DNA from: an uncultured Pseudomonadales bacterium
GTDB lineage: Bacteria > Patescibacteriota > Microgenomatia > UBA1400 > PJMF01
Direction: 5' to 3'
DNA: 64,000 nt
Assembly (NCBI GenBank): GCA_964570365.1
Contig: CAZMXT010000001.1
Span: forward strand, 9,440-73,439
Shown in pieces: positions 9,519 through 18,056 of this stretch. Within the stretch, counting starts at the first letter, position 1; the number at the start of each line of letters is the position of its first letter. A program made the position numbers and the translations under genes. The notes beneath the pieces are model-generated. The model had not been told where the DNA came from, did not search any database, and saw nothing but the letters and a program-made list of their open reading frames with translations.

Positions 9519-12214
9519 GTCCTGGAACGATGAGTGACTGCTAATTTCTTAGCCCAATAAGCAAACTGTGCGGCTTTGTCCTCATAGTCTTTAAATTGGC
9601 CAAAGCTAGGTGAAGCTGGAGAAAGTAGTACTGTCCCAGAGGCAGGGCAGTGTTGGTAGGACATGTTTACCGCTTCCTCCATGGTGTTCGCAAACAGAAT
9701 AGTCGGCAGCTCATTCTCAGAGTAATTTTTTTTCATAATCCCAAACATTTTTTCTCCTGAAGGCTTGAAGAAAATCACTGTTGGAACTCTTTTTTCTATC
9801 ACCTTATCTACTATCTTGGTAAAATCTAAGCCCCGGTCATATCCGCCCAGCAGGATCACATCTACTCTCTCTAAAGTATCCAGAGCAATACAACTGGCTT
9901 CTGGAATGGTGGCCAACGTGTCATCAACAAAGACTCTAGTATCAAAAATCCCCACTTGCTCGAGACGATGAGGTAAAGGTTTAAAGGTGCTGAGCGCTTG
10001 TTGAATGATCGACTCATCTATTTTGAAGTGCTTTGCCACCAACGCGGCTGGCGGCAGGTTGTACTTTTGGATAATAGCGGAGGCAACTGGCTCAGCAGAA
10101 ACTAAATTGGCTGGAGAAAATGCCTGCTTCTGTGCAGTACTATTTGCCCAAATAGGCTGCAGTTCAGGTACTTCAGCGTTATAGATAAGTACATCGTCAG
10201 AGTTTTGCCAACGAGTAATATTTCCTTTCGCTTGAAGGTAGTTTTCAAATGAACCATGATAATTTAGGTGCTCGGGAAAGATATTTAGGAATACTGCCAA
10301 ATGCGGACTGAACATAACACTCTCTAGTTGGTAGCTAGACATCTCAATCACCGGAATAGTTTCTGGCTTAAGCTGCGAGTCAGACTCAAAAACTGGAGTG
10401 CCAATATTACCTGCCAGGATAGCTGGTCTACCGGCAGTCACTAGAATCTGGTGAATGAGCGCTGCAGTAGTACTCTTGCCTTTTGTGCCTGTGACACCTA
10501 CAACACTCTTTCTATACACCCTCAGGAACTCGTTGAGTTGAGAAGTAACCTCTCTATTTTGGCTCAAAAACTCCTGAAGAGCCGGCTCATGAATAGAGAT
10601 GGCGGGGGTTTTAAAAATTACGTCATAACTACTCAAGTTTTGCAGATAGGGTTCAACTTTTACGCGTACATCCTGCCCATACTTTTCAGAGACACTTGAG
10701 TCCTTATCTGAAATACCCAGCTGCTTATCAGGAAAAATTCTTCTTAAAAGTCCGTATGTGCTTTCTCCTTCCCGACCCATTCCTAGGATGAGCACTTGTT
10801 TCTGCCCAAACTGTTCGAGCAACGACTTCTGAAGGAGTGACTTTTCTTCAGTCACAGCGTTTCTAAGCACTTCAAAGAAAGCTCCGGGTAAAAAGTGAGT
10901 TGTTTGTAGAGTAGTTGTTACGTTTTTGCTGTGCGCTTCATTTCCGAGTTGAGCGGGCAGGACATGATCTTTGGCATACTGGAGTAAATGCGGAAGATGA
11001 CCAGGATTCTTCTGCAGGGTCAAGTCCAGCGCAATGAGCGTCTCTCCTCTGGTCCCGACGCATTCTAGTGACTTAATCTCCGTCATTCCAGTCAATTCAT
11101 CAAAGATTGGCTGCAGTGATTCCTTTTCTAGTAAGTTCTGTCCAAAAATATTCTCTAGCACTTGCTGTTCAACAAACGGCGATAAAATAATATAGACAAA
11201 TAGACACTTTGGGCACTCACCACACCACTTGCCAGTTTTCTGTCCCCGGTTACAACTTAGGAAGAAACTAAAATACTGAGGGTACTGACAAAATACTTTG
11301 GCAATCTGAATCTCATGCATAGGCCGTAAAAAACTAAAGTACTCTATCGCAGTAGAAACATATTTTTTGAGGTACTCTCGAAAATTACTTTCAAACTCCA
11401 AACTCTTGGAGTACTGGTGATTGATCTGCTGACCTAAGAAAGTGGTGTTTCCTTCATTGGCACTAAACTCATTAGAAACCGCAATGTACCTAATATCCAA
11501 AATATATGCTGCCAAGGTACTTGAAAAAGCGGCCATAGCAGAAAAAGGAGTATGGCCATTCAGGTACCCAGCAGTATTTAGCTCGAGTAACTGGGGATCT
11601 AAATGGCGAGAGATCTGAATATTTTCGCTGATACCAGTCATCTTTAGTAACTGCGACACCTGATCAGTAGCGTTAATCGTCAGCGTCAGACGAGGAAGCG
11701 AGAAATTTTTTAGTAACTCAATACTCACTAAAGAGTCTTTCCCTCCGCCAACTGGGATAATTACTTTTTCCAGGTGAGGTGTTTCATCAATGACAGATGA
11801 CTTTTCTGCACCCTCAACCTTAAATTTTACAAACCCTTCACTCCAGCCATCAATCTGATTGACAAAGAAAAACTCACTGAGACCTTTTTTAAGGAGCTCT
11901 TCCCAAAATTTTAATTGATCTGCTGATAAGTAGCCTGCTTGAATAACAAATTCAGAAGAGCAAGCAGCTTTCCAGTAAGAGAAACCCTCGACCATTCCCA
12001 GCTGGAAAATCCAGTTCTGTAGAACTTCCTCGTTTAGTTGTTCTAAATGCTCAGCAGTGACATGGTGATATATATATTTAGAGGTAAATGCAAGTTCGGG
12101 TTCAAGTGTATAAAAAAAAAGTAGCTCTAATCCCTCAGCTGTTAGTTGATAGGAAAATCGCTGATAAATAAAGCGCGGATGATTCTGCCGCAAGCTTTGT
12201 AAGCGATGAGACAT
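9515..12214 (-). CDS. murD: Fusion protein: N-terminal ~460-aa PP-loop ATP-pyrophosphatase-like domain with a Cys4 zinc-ribbon, joined to a C-terminal complete UDP-MurNAc-L-Ala:glutamate ligase MurD (899 aa)
   Basis: MurD part (approx. 9515-10800): 'KQVLILGMGREG' Rossmann N-domain and 'VVGVTGTKGKSTT' P-loop. N-terminal domain: 'VIIPVGGGKDSLVS' (approx. 11735-11770) resembles the SGGxDS PP-loop; 'CNRGQKTGKWCGECPKC' (approx. 11204-11254) is a C-x10-C-x2-C-x2-C motif. Confidence 0.85.
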   Translation of the reverse strand: MSHRLQSLRQNHPRFIYQRFSYQLTAEGLELLFFYTLEPELAFTSKYIYHHVTAEHLEQLNEEVLQNWIFQLGMVEGFSYWKAACSSEFVIQAGYLSADQLKFWEELLKKGLSEFFFVNQIDGWSEGFVKFKVEGAEKSSVIDETPHLEKVIIPVGGGKDSLVSIELLKNFSLPRLTLTINATDQVSQLLKMTGISENIQISRHLDPQLLELNTAGYLNGHTPFSAMAAFSSTLAAYILDIRYIAVSNEFSANEGNTTFLGQQINHQYSKSLEFESNFREYLKKYVSTAIEYFSFLRPMHEIQIAKVFCQYPQYFSFFLSCNRGQKTGKWCGECPKCLFVYIILSPFVEQQVLENIFGQNLLEKESLQPIFDELTGMTEIKSLECVGTRGETLIALDLTLQKNPGHLPHLLQYAKDHVLPAQLGNEAHSKNVTTTLQTTHFLPGAFFEVLRNAVTEEKSLLQKSLLEQFGQKQVLILGMGREGESTYGLLRRIFPDKQLGISDKDSSVSEKYGQDVRVKVEPYLQNLSSYDVIFKTPAISIHEPALQEFLSQNREVTSQLNEFLRVYRKSVVGVTGTKGKSTTAALIHQILVTAGRPAILAGNIGTPVFESDSQLKPETIPVIEMSSYQLESVMFSPHLAVFLNIFPEHLNYHGSFENYLQAKGNITRWQNSDDVLIYNAEVPELQPIWANSTAQKQAFSPANLVSAEPVASAIIQKYNLPPAALVAKHFKIDESIIQQALSTFKPLPHRLEQVGIFDTRVFVDDTLATIPEASCIALDTLERVDVILLGGYDRGLDFTKIVDKVIEKRVPTVIFFKPSGEKMFGIMKKNYSENELPTILFANTMEEAVNMSYQHCPASGTVLLSPASPSFGQFKDYEDKAAQFAYWAKKLAVTHRSRT

Positions 12215-12232
12215 ATGGTCACTTTCTTCCTT

Positions 12233-13273
12233 TTATAGCATCGCTAACCATACACCAAACAAGGTTAACATAATTTGAACGAGCCAGGCGCGTTGAACAA
12301 TTTTTGGCTCTTCCCAGCCATGATGCTGGAGCCAAAGATGAAATGGAGAAGCTGGAAAAAGTTTTTTCTTGCGCAGCCGTTTTGAGAGTAGCTGGCTTAG
12401 GGAAGTAAAAATCTCTAACACAAAGATAAATCCTATTACAACTAATGCAATCACCTTCCCCAATAAGAGTCCCACCACCGCCAGGGTGGCGCCAAAAGCC
12501 AGCGCCCCGACATCCCCCATGAATAATCGAGCCGGAAAAATATTGAAGTACAGGAAAGAAATCAACGATCCCAGCCACAGAGCCAGAAACATCGAAATAG
12601 GTACATCCAAAATTTGGGCTGAAAGGTACCAGAGTCCAAAGAACGAAATCATTAAGATCCCCCCAGCCAAACCATCCAAACCATCAGTCACATTTACAGC
12701 ATTTGTGAAAGCTAGAATTACAAAAGCGGCAAACGGAATATACAACCAACCGAGTTCAAACGTCCCAATAAAGGGAATGTTTACAAATGAAATTCCTAGC
12801 TCGTGGTAAAGCAACCACCCTATTATCAGAGAGAGAGCAACTTGTAAGGCCAATTTGTGCTTCAGGCGCAAACCAAAGAACTGCTCTTTCTTAAACTGAA
12901 AGAATTTCTTGACGTCATCATATAAACCCAACAAGCCAAATGACAAGAAAGTAAAGAAAAGAATGTTGATTTCTTTCTCCACATTATAGACCCCATTGAC
13001 TGGGATACCGGTATGTTTCAACAGCGGGAAAATCACTGCAAAAAGAGTCGTGACCACAAGAATAATTAACAAGCCTCCACCAACTGGCACGCCCGCTTTC
13101 TTGTTATGAAACTTGTCAAAAATAGGAGTGTGCTCCCCAAAAGCGTCTACTGTCCGCTGGTTGGCTCGTCGGAACCTCATACTATATAAGAGGTTGATAA
13201 ATGGAACGATCAAAATACTCGTCAGAATAAAAGAAAAAATTAGTAAGCCTAAAATAAAGACCATTGAGTTCAT
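12233..13273 (-). CDS. mraY: Phospho-MurNAc-pentapeptide transferase MraY
   Basis: 'NAVNVTDGLDGLAGG' MraY signature in a polytopic membrane protein. dcw synteny. Confidence 0.95.
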   Translation of the reverse strand: MNSMVFILGLLIFSFILTSILIVPFINLLYSMRFRRANQRTVDAFGEHTPIFDKFHNKKAGVPVGGGLLIILVVTTLFAVIFPLLKHTGIPVNGVYNVEKEINILFFTFLSFGLLGLYDDVKKFFQFKKEQFFGLRLKHKLALQVALSLIIGWLLYHELGISFVNIPFIGTFELGWLYIPFAAFVILAFTNAVNVTDGLDGLAGGILMISFFGLWYLSAQILDVPISMFLALWLGSLISFLYFNIFPARLFMGDVGALAFGATLAVVGLLLGKVIALVVIGFIFVLEIFTSLSQLLSKRLRKKKLFPASPFHLWLQHHGWEEPKIVQRAWLVQIMLTLFGVWLAML

Positions 13274-13279
13274 ACTATC

Positions 13280-14599
13280 CTAGTAACGTTGAATATTCGC
13301 GCCAAGTTTATGTAGTATCCGATCTAGCTTCTCATATCCTCGATCAATGTGATCCGTACTATCGTGTAATGTAGTTTCTCCTGTTGCCGTTAATCCTGCA
13401 ATCATTAAAGTTGCGCCATGCCGTAAGTCTTGGACGTCAAACTCCCCACCATGGAGTGCAGAGGGCCCGACAATCCGAGCTGCGTGAAAAAACTCTGGAC
13501 GGTCATTTTCTAAGTTAAAGTTATATAGCTTATCTGGATTATCTACTTCTGGATTAAAGAGCTGTATGCTGGCTCCCATTTCATTAAGCGCTTTTACGTA
13601 CGCAAATCGATTTTCTAACACTGTTTCATGCAGAACACTCACCCCCGTAGCTTGCGTCATCATCGTCACCCAAAGCGGCTGCCAGTCAGTCTTGAAGCCA
13701 GGGTGAATACCTGTAGCAATGACTGCTCCTTGAAGTGGTCCTTTATAAAAGAACCGTACCCCAAAGTTACCAACTTGATACCCTGCATGGGCTTGATCAA
13801 GTGCGGTAAGAAAAGCGGTTAAGTCACTTGGCCGAGCATTCTCTACAATTACATCACCTTTCGTAGCTATGGCTGCACAAGCAAACGAGACCACCTGATT
13901 ATGATCGGGCATAATTTGGTGAATAGCTCCATGGAGATGTTCAACGCCTTCTATTTTGATCACTCTATTTGGCAGACGCTCAATCTTGGCCCCCATCGTA
14001 TTTAGGAACTCAATTAAGTCATCAATTTCTGTTTCTAAAGCCGCATTCTGCAAAAGTGTTACGCCTTTAGCCTTTACTGCCGTCATAATTAATGTCTCAG
14101 TTCCAGTATGGGTGCTTTTTGGAAAACAGTACGTGGCTCCATGCAGACCTTTCGTCTTCGCATGGATTAACTCATTCTCAAACTTCACTTCCACACCTAA
14201 AGCTGCTAAACCATCAAAGTGACGATCCAAAGGTCTGGCTCCTATTTTATCTCCGCCTGGAAATGGCACACTTACTTCTCCGAACCTAGACAATAGAGCA
14301 GGAATAAAAAGAGATGATGCTCGAGAAATTCTTCCATATTTCTCTGCAATGTCGTGACTACTCAAAGAAGTTGGATCAACCATATATGCTCGTTCGCCAA
14401 CCAGCTGAGCTTTTGCACCCAAGGAATTAATTATTTCAGCCACCATCTGAACATCACTGATGTGACTGAAGTTTAGCAAACGAGAAGGTGCATCACCCAG
14501 TAGTGCCGCAATCATTAATTTGTAGGAAGCATTTTTTGCCCCACCTACCCGTACGCTTCCGAAGAGAGGATTGCCGCCGATGATTTTGAAGTGAGACAT
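13280..14599 (-). CDS. murA: UDP-GlcNAc 1-carboxyvinyltransferase MurA
   Basis: 'KIIGGNPLFGSVRVGGAKNASYKLMIAALL' N-terminus and EPSP-synthase-like fold motifs. 439 aa. Confidence 0.95.
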   Translation of the reverse strand: MSHFKIIGGNPLFGSVRVGGAKNASYKLMIAALLGDAPSRLLNFSHISDVQMVAEIINSLGAKAQLVGERAYMVDPTSLSSHDIAEKYGRISRASSLFIPALLSRFGEVSVPFPGGDKIGARPLDRHFDGLAALGVEVKFENELIHAKTKGLHGATYCFPKSTHTGTETLIMTAVKAKGVTLLQNAALETEIDDLIEFLNTMGAKIERLPNRVIKIEGVEHLHGAIHQIMPDHNQVVSFACAAIATKGDVIVENARPSDLTAFLTALDQAHAGYQVGNFGVRFFYKGPLQGAVIATGIHPGFKTDWQPLWVTMMTQATGVSVLHETVLENRFAYVKALNEMGASIQLFNPEVDNPDKLYNFNLENDRPEFFHAARIVGPSALHGGEFDVQDLRHGATLMIAGLTATGETTLHDSTDHIDRGYEKLDRILHKLGANIQRY

Positions 14600-14611
14600 A
14601 TTTTTAGCGCG

Positions 14612-17059
14612 TTATTCCAGAAAAAAAACTTCTTCTTCTAATTCTACTCCATATAGTTCTAGAACTCTCTGCTTGACAATTTTGGCGAGTTCTTTTACTT
14701 CTTGGCTGGTTCCCTGACCAAGATTGATGAAAAAAGCCGCATGTTTTGCACTCACTTGAATACCACCGACTCTAGTCCCTTTTAAGCCTGCTTGGTCAAT
14801 TAAAAAAGCCGTGGGAAACTCAGCTCTTTGTGCAAATTGGGGGAAGAGCCCTGCCAAATTGGGAGTCATCGGTGTGTTGCGAAAGTAACAGCCCGAGCTG
14901 GGCTCGCCTAGAGGTTGAGTTTGTGCGCGATAAATCGTCGCTTCCTTCACCTTAGTCATCGATTCTTCTTGGTTGCCTTCAGCTAACTTGAACTCAGCCT
15001 GCAGAATTATCTCCTTGGTGTGATGAAACCTAGAAAAATCATACTTAAAGTCACACTCTTGTGTAGAGAGCCACTTAACTTTTGAGTCATCAGTAATAAC
15101 TTCAACGCGGTGAATATGCTCTCCGATCAAGTCTCTTAAGTAGTGGGCATTGTTGTAAACTGCACCCCCAACTTTCCCCGGTACCCCTAGGAAGTACTCC
15201 AGGCCTTGTAGGCCTTCATCAATTGTCTTGCGAACAAAAAGAGCAGTCTTGTACCCAGCGCCAACTCTGACTATCTTCTTACCATCTCCACTATCAGCAG
15301 ATTCTAAAGAGTACTCCTCATTACTTGCGCGAATGACTACCCCTACCAAACCTTTATCACTAACAACTACATTGCTGGCTCCCGCCAAAATAGTCATGGG
15401 AAACTGCTGCTCCTGACAATGTTTCACTACCGCAATAATATCTTGGCGAGACTTCAAATCGAGAAATACTTCAGCTGGTCCCCCAATCTTAAAGTATGTT
15501 AAAGGGGCTAAAACATAGTTAAATTCTGGACTGAGATGAGAAAAATGATGATGAATGGATTCTTGGAGTGGAGTACGGGGAGTCATGGATTTATTGTGCA
15601 TCGCTCCCTCATCGGTAATGAGGTCATGAATTTTATAAATATCACCAGCTCCAATAGTTAGTAACACATTACCCGGTCTCAGATTTTTCTGAGAATAACA
15701 AGCTAGGTCATTCAAATTTTCTAAGTTCCGAGCCGGAATCTCAGGGAATCTCTCCTGAATAGCAGTACACAACATATCGCTCGTAATACTCATGTCGACT
15801 GCTTCTCTGGCAGACGGAAAGATATCCATCATCCAAACCTCACTGGCGTCTTTGAATGCTGTCACAAAATCAGCAAAAAGAGATTTGGTACGTGAATACG
15901 TGTGGGATTGGAAGGCCACCACTAATCGCTGAGTAGGAAACCACTCTCGGTAGGCAGCAATAACTTTTTGAACTTCATGAGGGTGATGAGCGTAGTCATC
16001 ATAGTACTTCACTTGATTTTTTTCACCGATAAATTGGCACCTTCGTAAGGTTGATCTGAAAGTTGCCAGTGCGGTTGCAGCCTTTTGAGCAGGAACTCCA
16101 ATGCAGCTGCACGCTGCAATTGCTGCCACTGCATTTTCCAAGTTATAGTACCCAGGAATCTGAAGTTTTAACGAAATAGCACCTCTGACTAAAGGTGAAA
16201 AAAAGTTGCAGCTATTACTACCCAGTTCTGCTTGGATAGAGGCTGGATCAATCCAGAAGTCAGAACCTTTTTTTGAACCAAAAGAGTATGTAGTAATTCC
16301 TACATTGTGGTAAAAAACCCCAAGTTCTTCATCTGCTTTATTAAAGATTAAAAAACCACCTGACTGAACCTGATTAAAGAAAGTTTCAAACGTCTTGACT
16401 GTATGGTCTAAATCTTTATATACATCGGGGTGATCAAACTTTAAGTTAGTACACACCGTCAGGAATGGGTGGAAAAAAGAAAAGCGTGGTGTACTCTCCA
16501 CACCTCGACTGGGAGCTGTCGGATCAATCACATACTCATCAGCTTCTGCAACAAAGTATTGACTCTCCTCAGACCATTTTCCAGTTTTTTTCATGCCTGG
16601 AATATCACCTACACCAACTGAAAATGAAGGGTTGCACCCTGTCTTCTCTAAGATCCAGCTAATCATTGCCGATGTGGTCGATTTTCCTCCTACCCCACAG
16701 ACTGCAATACCTTTTTTTTGGTTAAAGAGCGCTGCAATGGCTTCTGCCTGAGAGTAAACTGGTAAACGTCTTTTTTGGGCTTGAATTACCTGAGGATTTT
16801 GTTGAGCTTGATGAGCTGCTGTGTAAATAAGGCAGTCAACCTCTGCGGGAATCTCAGTCTCAAAACTGAGATCTATTTTAATATTTTCACTTTTTAGTAG
16901 CGGTTGCGTTACAAACTCTTCTGCCAAATCAGAACCAGTAACTTTTTTGCCAGCATCAAGTAAGCATTGGGCCAAAGAAGTCATTGCGACACCTTTAACG
17001 CCAACTAAATAAAAGAAATCATACTGGAGTAGATCGGTGAGTTGCGAGTGAGCGTTCAT
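14612..17059 (-). CDS. murC-murB: Bifunctional fusion: UDP-MurNAc:L-alanine ligase MurC (N-terminal ~485 aa) joined to UDP-N-acetylenolpyruvoylglucosamine reductase MurB (C-terminal ~320 aa)
   Basis: MurC motifs: 'FFYLVGVKGVAMTSLAQCLLDAGKKVTGSD' and 'GVGGKSTTSAMI'. MurB FAD-binding region: 'YFKIGGPAEVF...ILAGASNVVVSD'. A single uninterrupted 815-aa ORF. Confidence 0.9.
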   Translation of the reverse strand: MNAHSQLTDLLQYDFFYLVGVKGVAMTSLAQCLLDAGKKVTGSDLAEEFVTQPLLKSENIKIDLSFETEIPAEVDCLIYTAAHQAQQNPQVIQAQKRRLPVYSQAEAIAALFNQKKGIAVCGVGGKSTTSAMISWILEKTGCNPSFSVGVGDIPGMKKTGKWSEESQYFVAEADEYVIDPTAPSRGVESTPRFSFFHPFLTVCTNLKFDHPDVYKDLDHTVKTFETFFNQVQSGGFLIFNKADEELGVFYHNVGITTYSFGSKKGSDFWIDPASIQAELGSNSCNFFSPLVRGAISLKLQIPGYYNLENAVAAIAACSCIGVPAQKAATALATFRSTLRRCQFIGEKNQVKYYDDYAHHPHEVQKVIAAYREWFPTQRLVVAFQSHTYSRTKSLFADFVTAFKDASEVWMMDIFPSAREAVDMSITSDMLCTAIQERFPEIPARNLENLNDLACYSQKNLRPGNVLLTIGAGDIYKIHDLITDEGAMHNKSMTPRTPLQESIHHHFSHLSPEFNYVLAPLTYFKIGGPAEVFLDLKSRQDIIAVVKHCQEQQFPMTILAGASNVVVSDKGLVGVVIRASNEEYSLESADSGDGKKIVRVGAGYKTALFVRKTIDEGLQGLEYFLGVPGKVGGAVYNNAHYLRDLIGEHIHRVEVITDDSKVKWLSTQECDFKYDFSRFHHTKEIILQAEFKLAEGNQEESMTKVKEATIYRAQTQPLGEPSSGCYFRNTPMTPNLAGLFPQFAQRAEFPTAFLIDQAGLKGTRVGGIQVSAKHAAFFINLGQGTSQEVKELAKIVKQRVLELYGVELEEEVFFLE

Positions 17060-17071
17060 AGAAAACTTATC

Positions 17072-18055
17072 TTAAATAGAGTCCTGCAGAATTTGAGCCA
17101 GGACAGCTTGAAGCTTTTCCGGATCATGGCGTAAGAGTGAGCGATGTGCTGTATCGTTACTGCTTTTTTCGAAAATCTGTGGGCTTAATAAAGGGTGTCG
17201 GATAACCCGAACATCATTCAAGTCATCCACTACCGGATACTCACGGTCTGCAGCATAAAGTGCTAACATCTCATCTTGAATGGCCTCATTATTTAGCACT
17301 ACTTTATCCACTGGGCGACCGATCAGCTCTTCAATTCCCGTCAAATGATCTGCAGCTGACATCTCATGCGTTTGAGTGAAGCGCGTCATTAAGTTAATAA
17401 AGTAGACGATGGTTGCTTTTGTTTGAGCAAAAGCTGACTTAGTGCCATCAGGCAACAACGCTGCGAAGAGACTGGCGTAGTAATCACCGGGCCCGATCAC
17501 AATCACATTTGCTTCCTTGATTGCTCGTGCAGCCTGATCGTTGATTTTCGCCTTATCGACCAATTTAACCTGTTTAATTTTCTTTACCTCAGTAAGTTTC
17601 CCGTCCAGTACGTGCTCACCAATCGCCATGTCCCCATCAGCATACTCTATTTGGAGATGAACGTTGTCTTTTGTAGCTGGTATGACTTCCCCTTGAATTC
17701 GAAATATTTTTTCCGCAATCAGTAAGGCCTCAGTCGTATCCCCAGTCATATCTTGGAGTGCCGTTAACAATAAGTTTCCAAGATTATGGCCTTTTAGGCC
17801 TTCACCTTTTTCAAACCTGTAGAGAAGTATCTTCCTAATCCACTCTTCTCCTTCCAGCTCTGCCAAAGCTGCTAGTGCTTGTCTCAGATCACCAACGGGT
17901 TGAAAACCGAACTCGTCTCTTAACTTTCCTGTGGAGCCACCGGAATCAGAAACTGCAATGATACTCGCGATCTCAACACCTTGATGTTTCAGGCTCGAAA
18001 TAACTGGAAAAGTACCAGTACCACCGCCGATAACTACAACTTTACGTTTCACCAT
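17072..18055 (-). CDS. YvcK/CofD-like (UPF0052, gluconeogenesis-factor family) protein. The ATG at 18055 is the likely start (the track ORF runs to 18121)
   Basis: 'KVVVIGGGTGTFPVISSLK...IIAVSDSGGSTGKLRDEFG' is characteristic of the YvcK/CofD family. Confidence 0.8.
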   Translation of the reverse strand: MVKRKVVVIGGGTGTFPVISSLKHQGVEIASIIAVSDSGGSTGKLRDEFGFQPVGDLRQALAALAELEGEEWIRKILLYRFEKGEGLKGHNLGNLLLTALQDMTGDTTEALLIAEKIFRIQGEVIPATKDNVHLQIEYADGDMAIGEHVLDGKLTEVKKIKQVKLVDKAKINDQAARAIKEANVIVIGPGDYYASLFAALLPDGTKSAFAQTKATIVYFINLMTRFTQTHEMSAADHLTGIEELIGRPVDKVVLNNEAIQDEMLALYAADREYPVVDDLNDVRVIRHPLLSPQIFEKSSNDTAHRSLLRHDPEKLQAVLAQILQDSI

Positions 18056-18056
18056 A

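Noticed and set aside
9515-12214. Possibility that the 899-aa ORF is two genes (PP-loop protein and MurD) merged by a sequencing error
   Set aside because: There is no in-frame stop or frame break anywhere in the window sequence, and the domain boundary (~10800) has a normal linker. It is kept as a fusion but flagged for read-level verification.
12369-12809. 146-aa plus-strand ORF (also 4027-4341, 4887-5219, 9765-9971 and many other 60-110-aa ORFs) antisense to well-supported genes
   Set aside because: These are low-complexity translations antisense to conserved genes (mraY, ftsZ, murD, etc.). They are typical shadow ORFs with no motifs.
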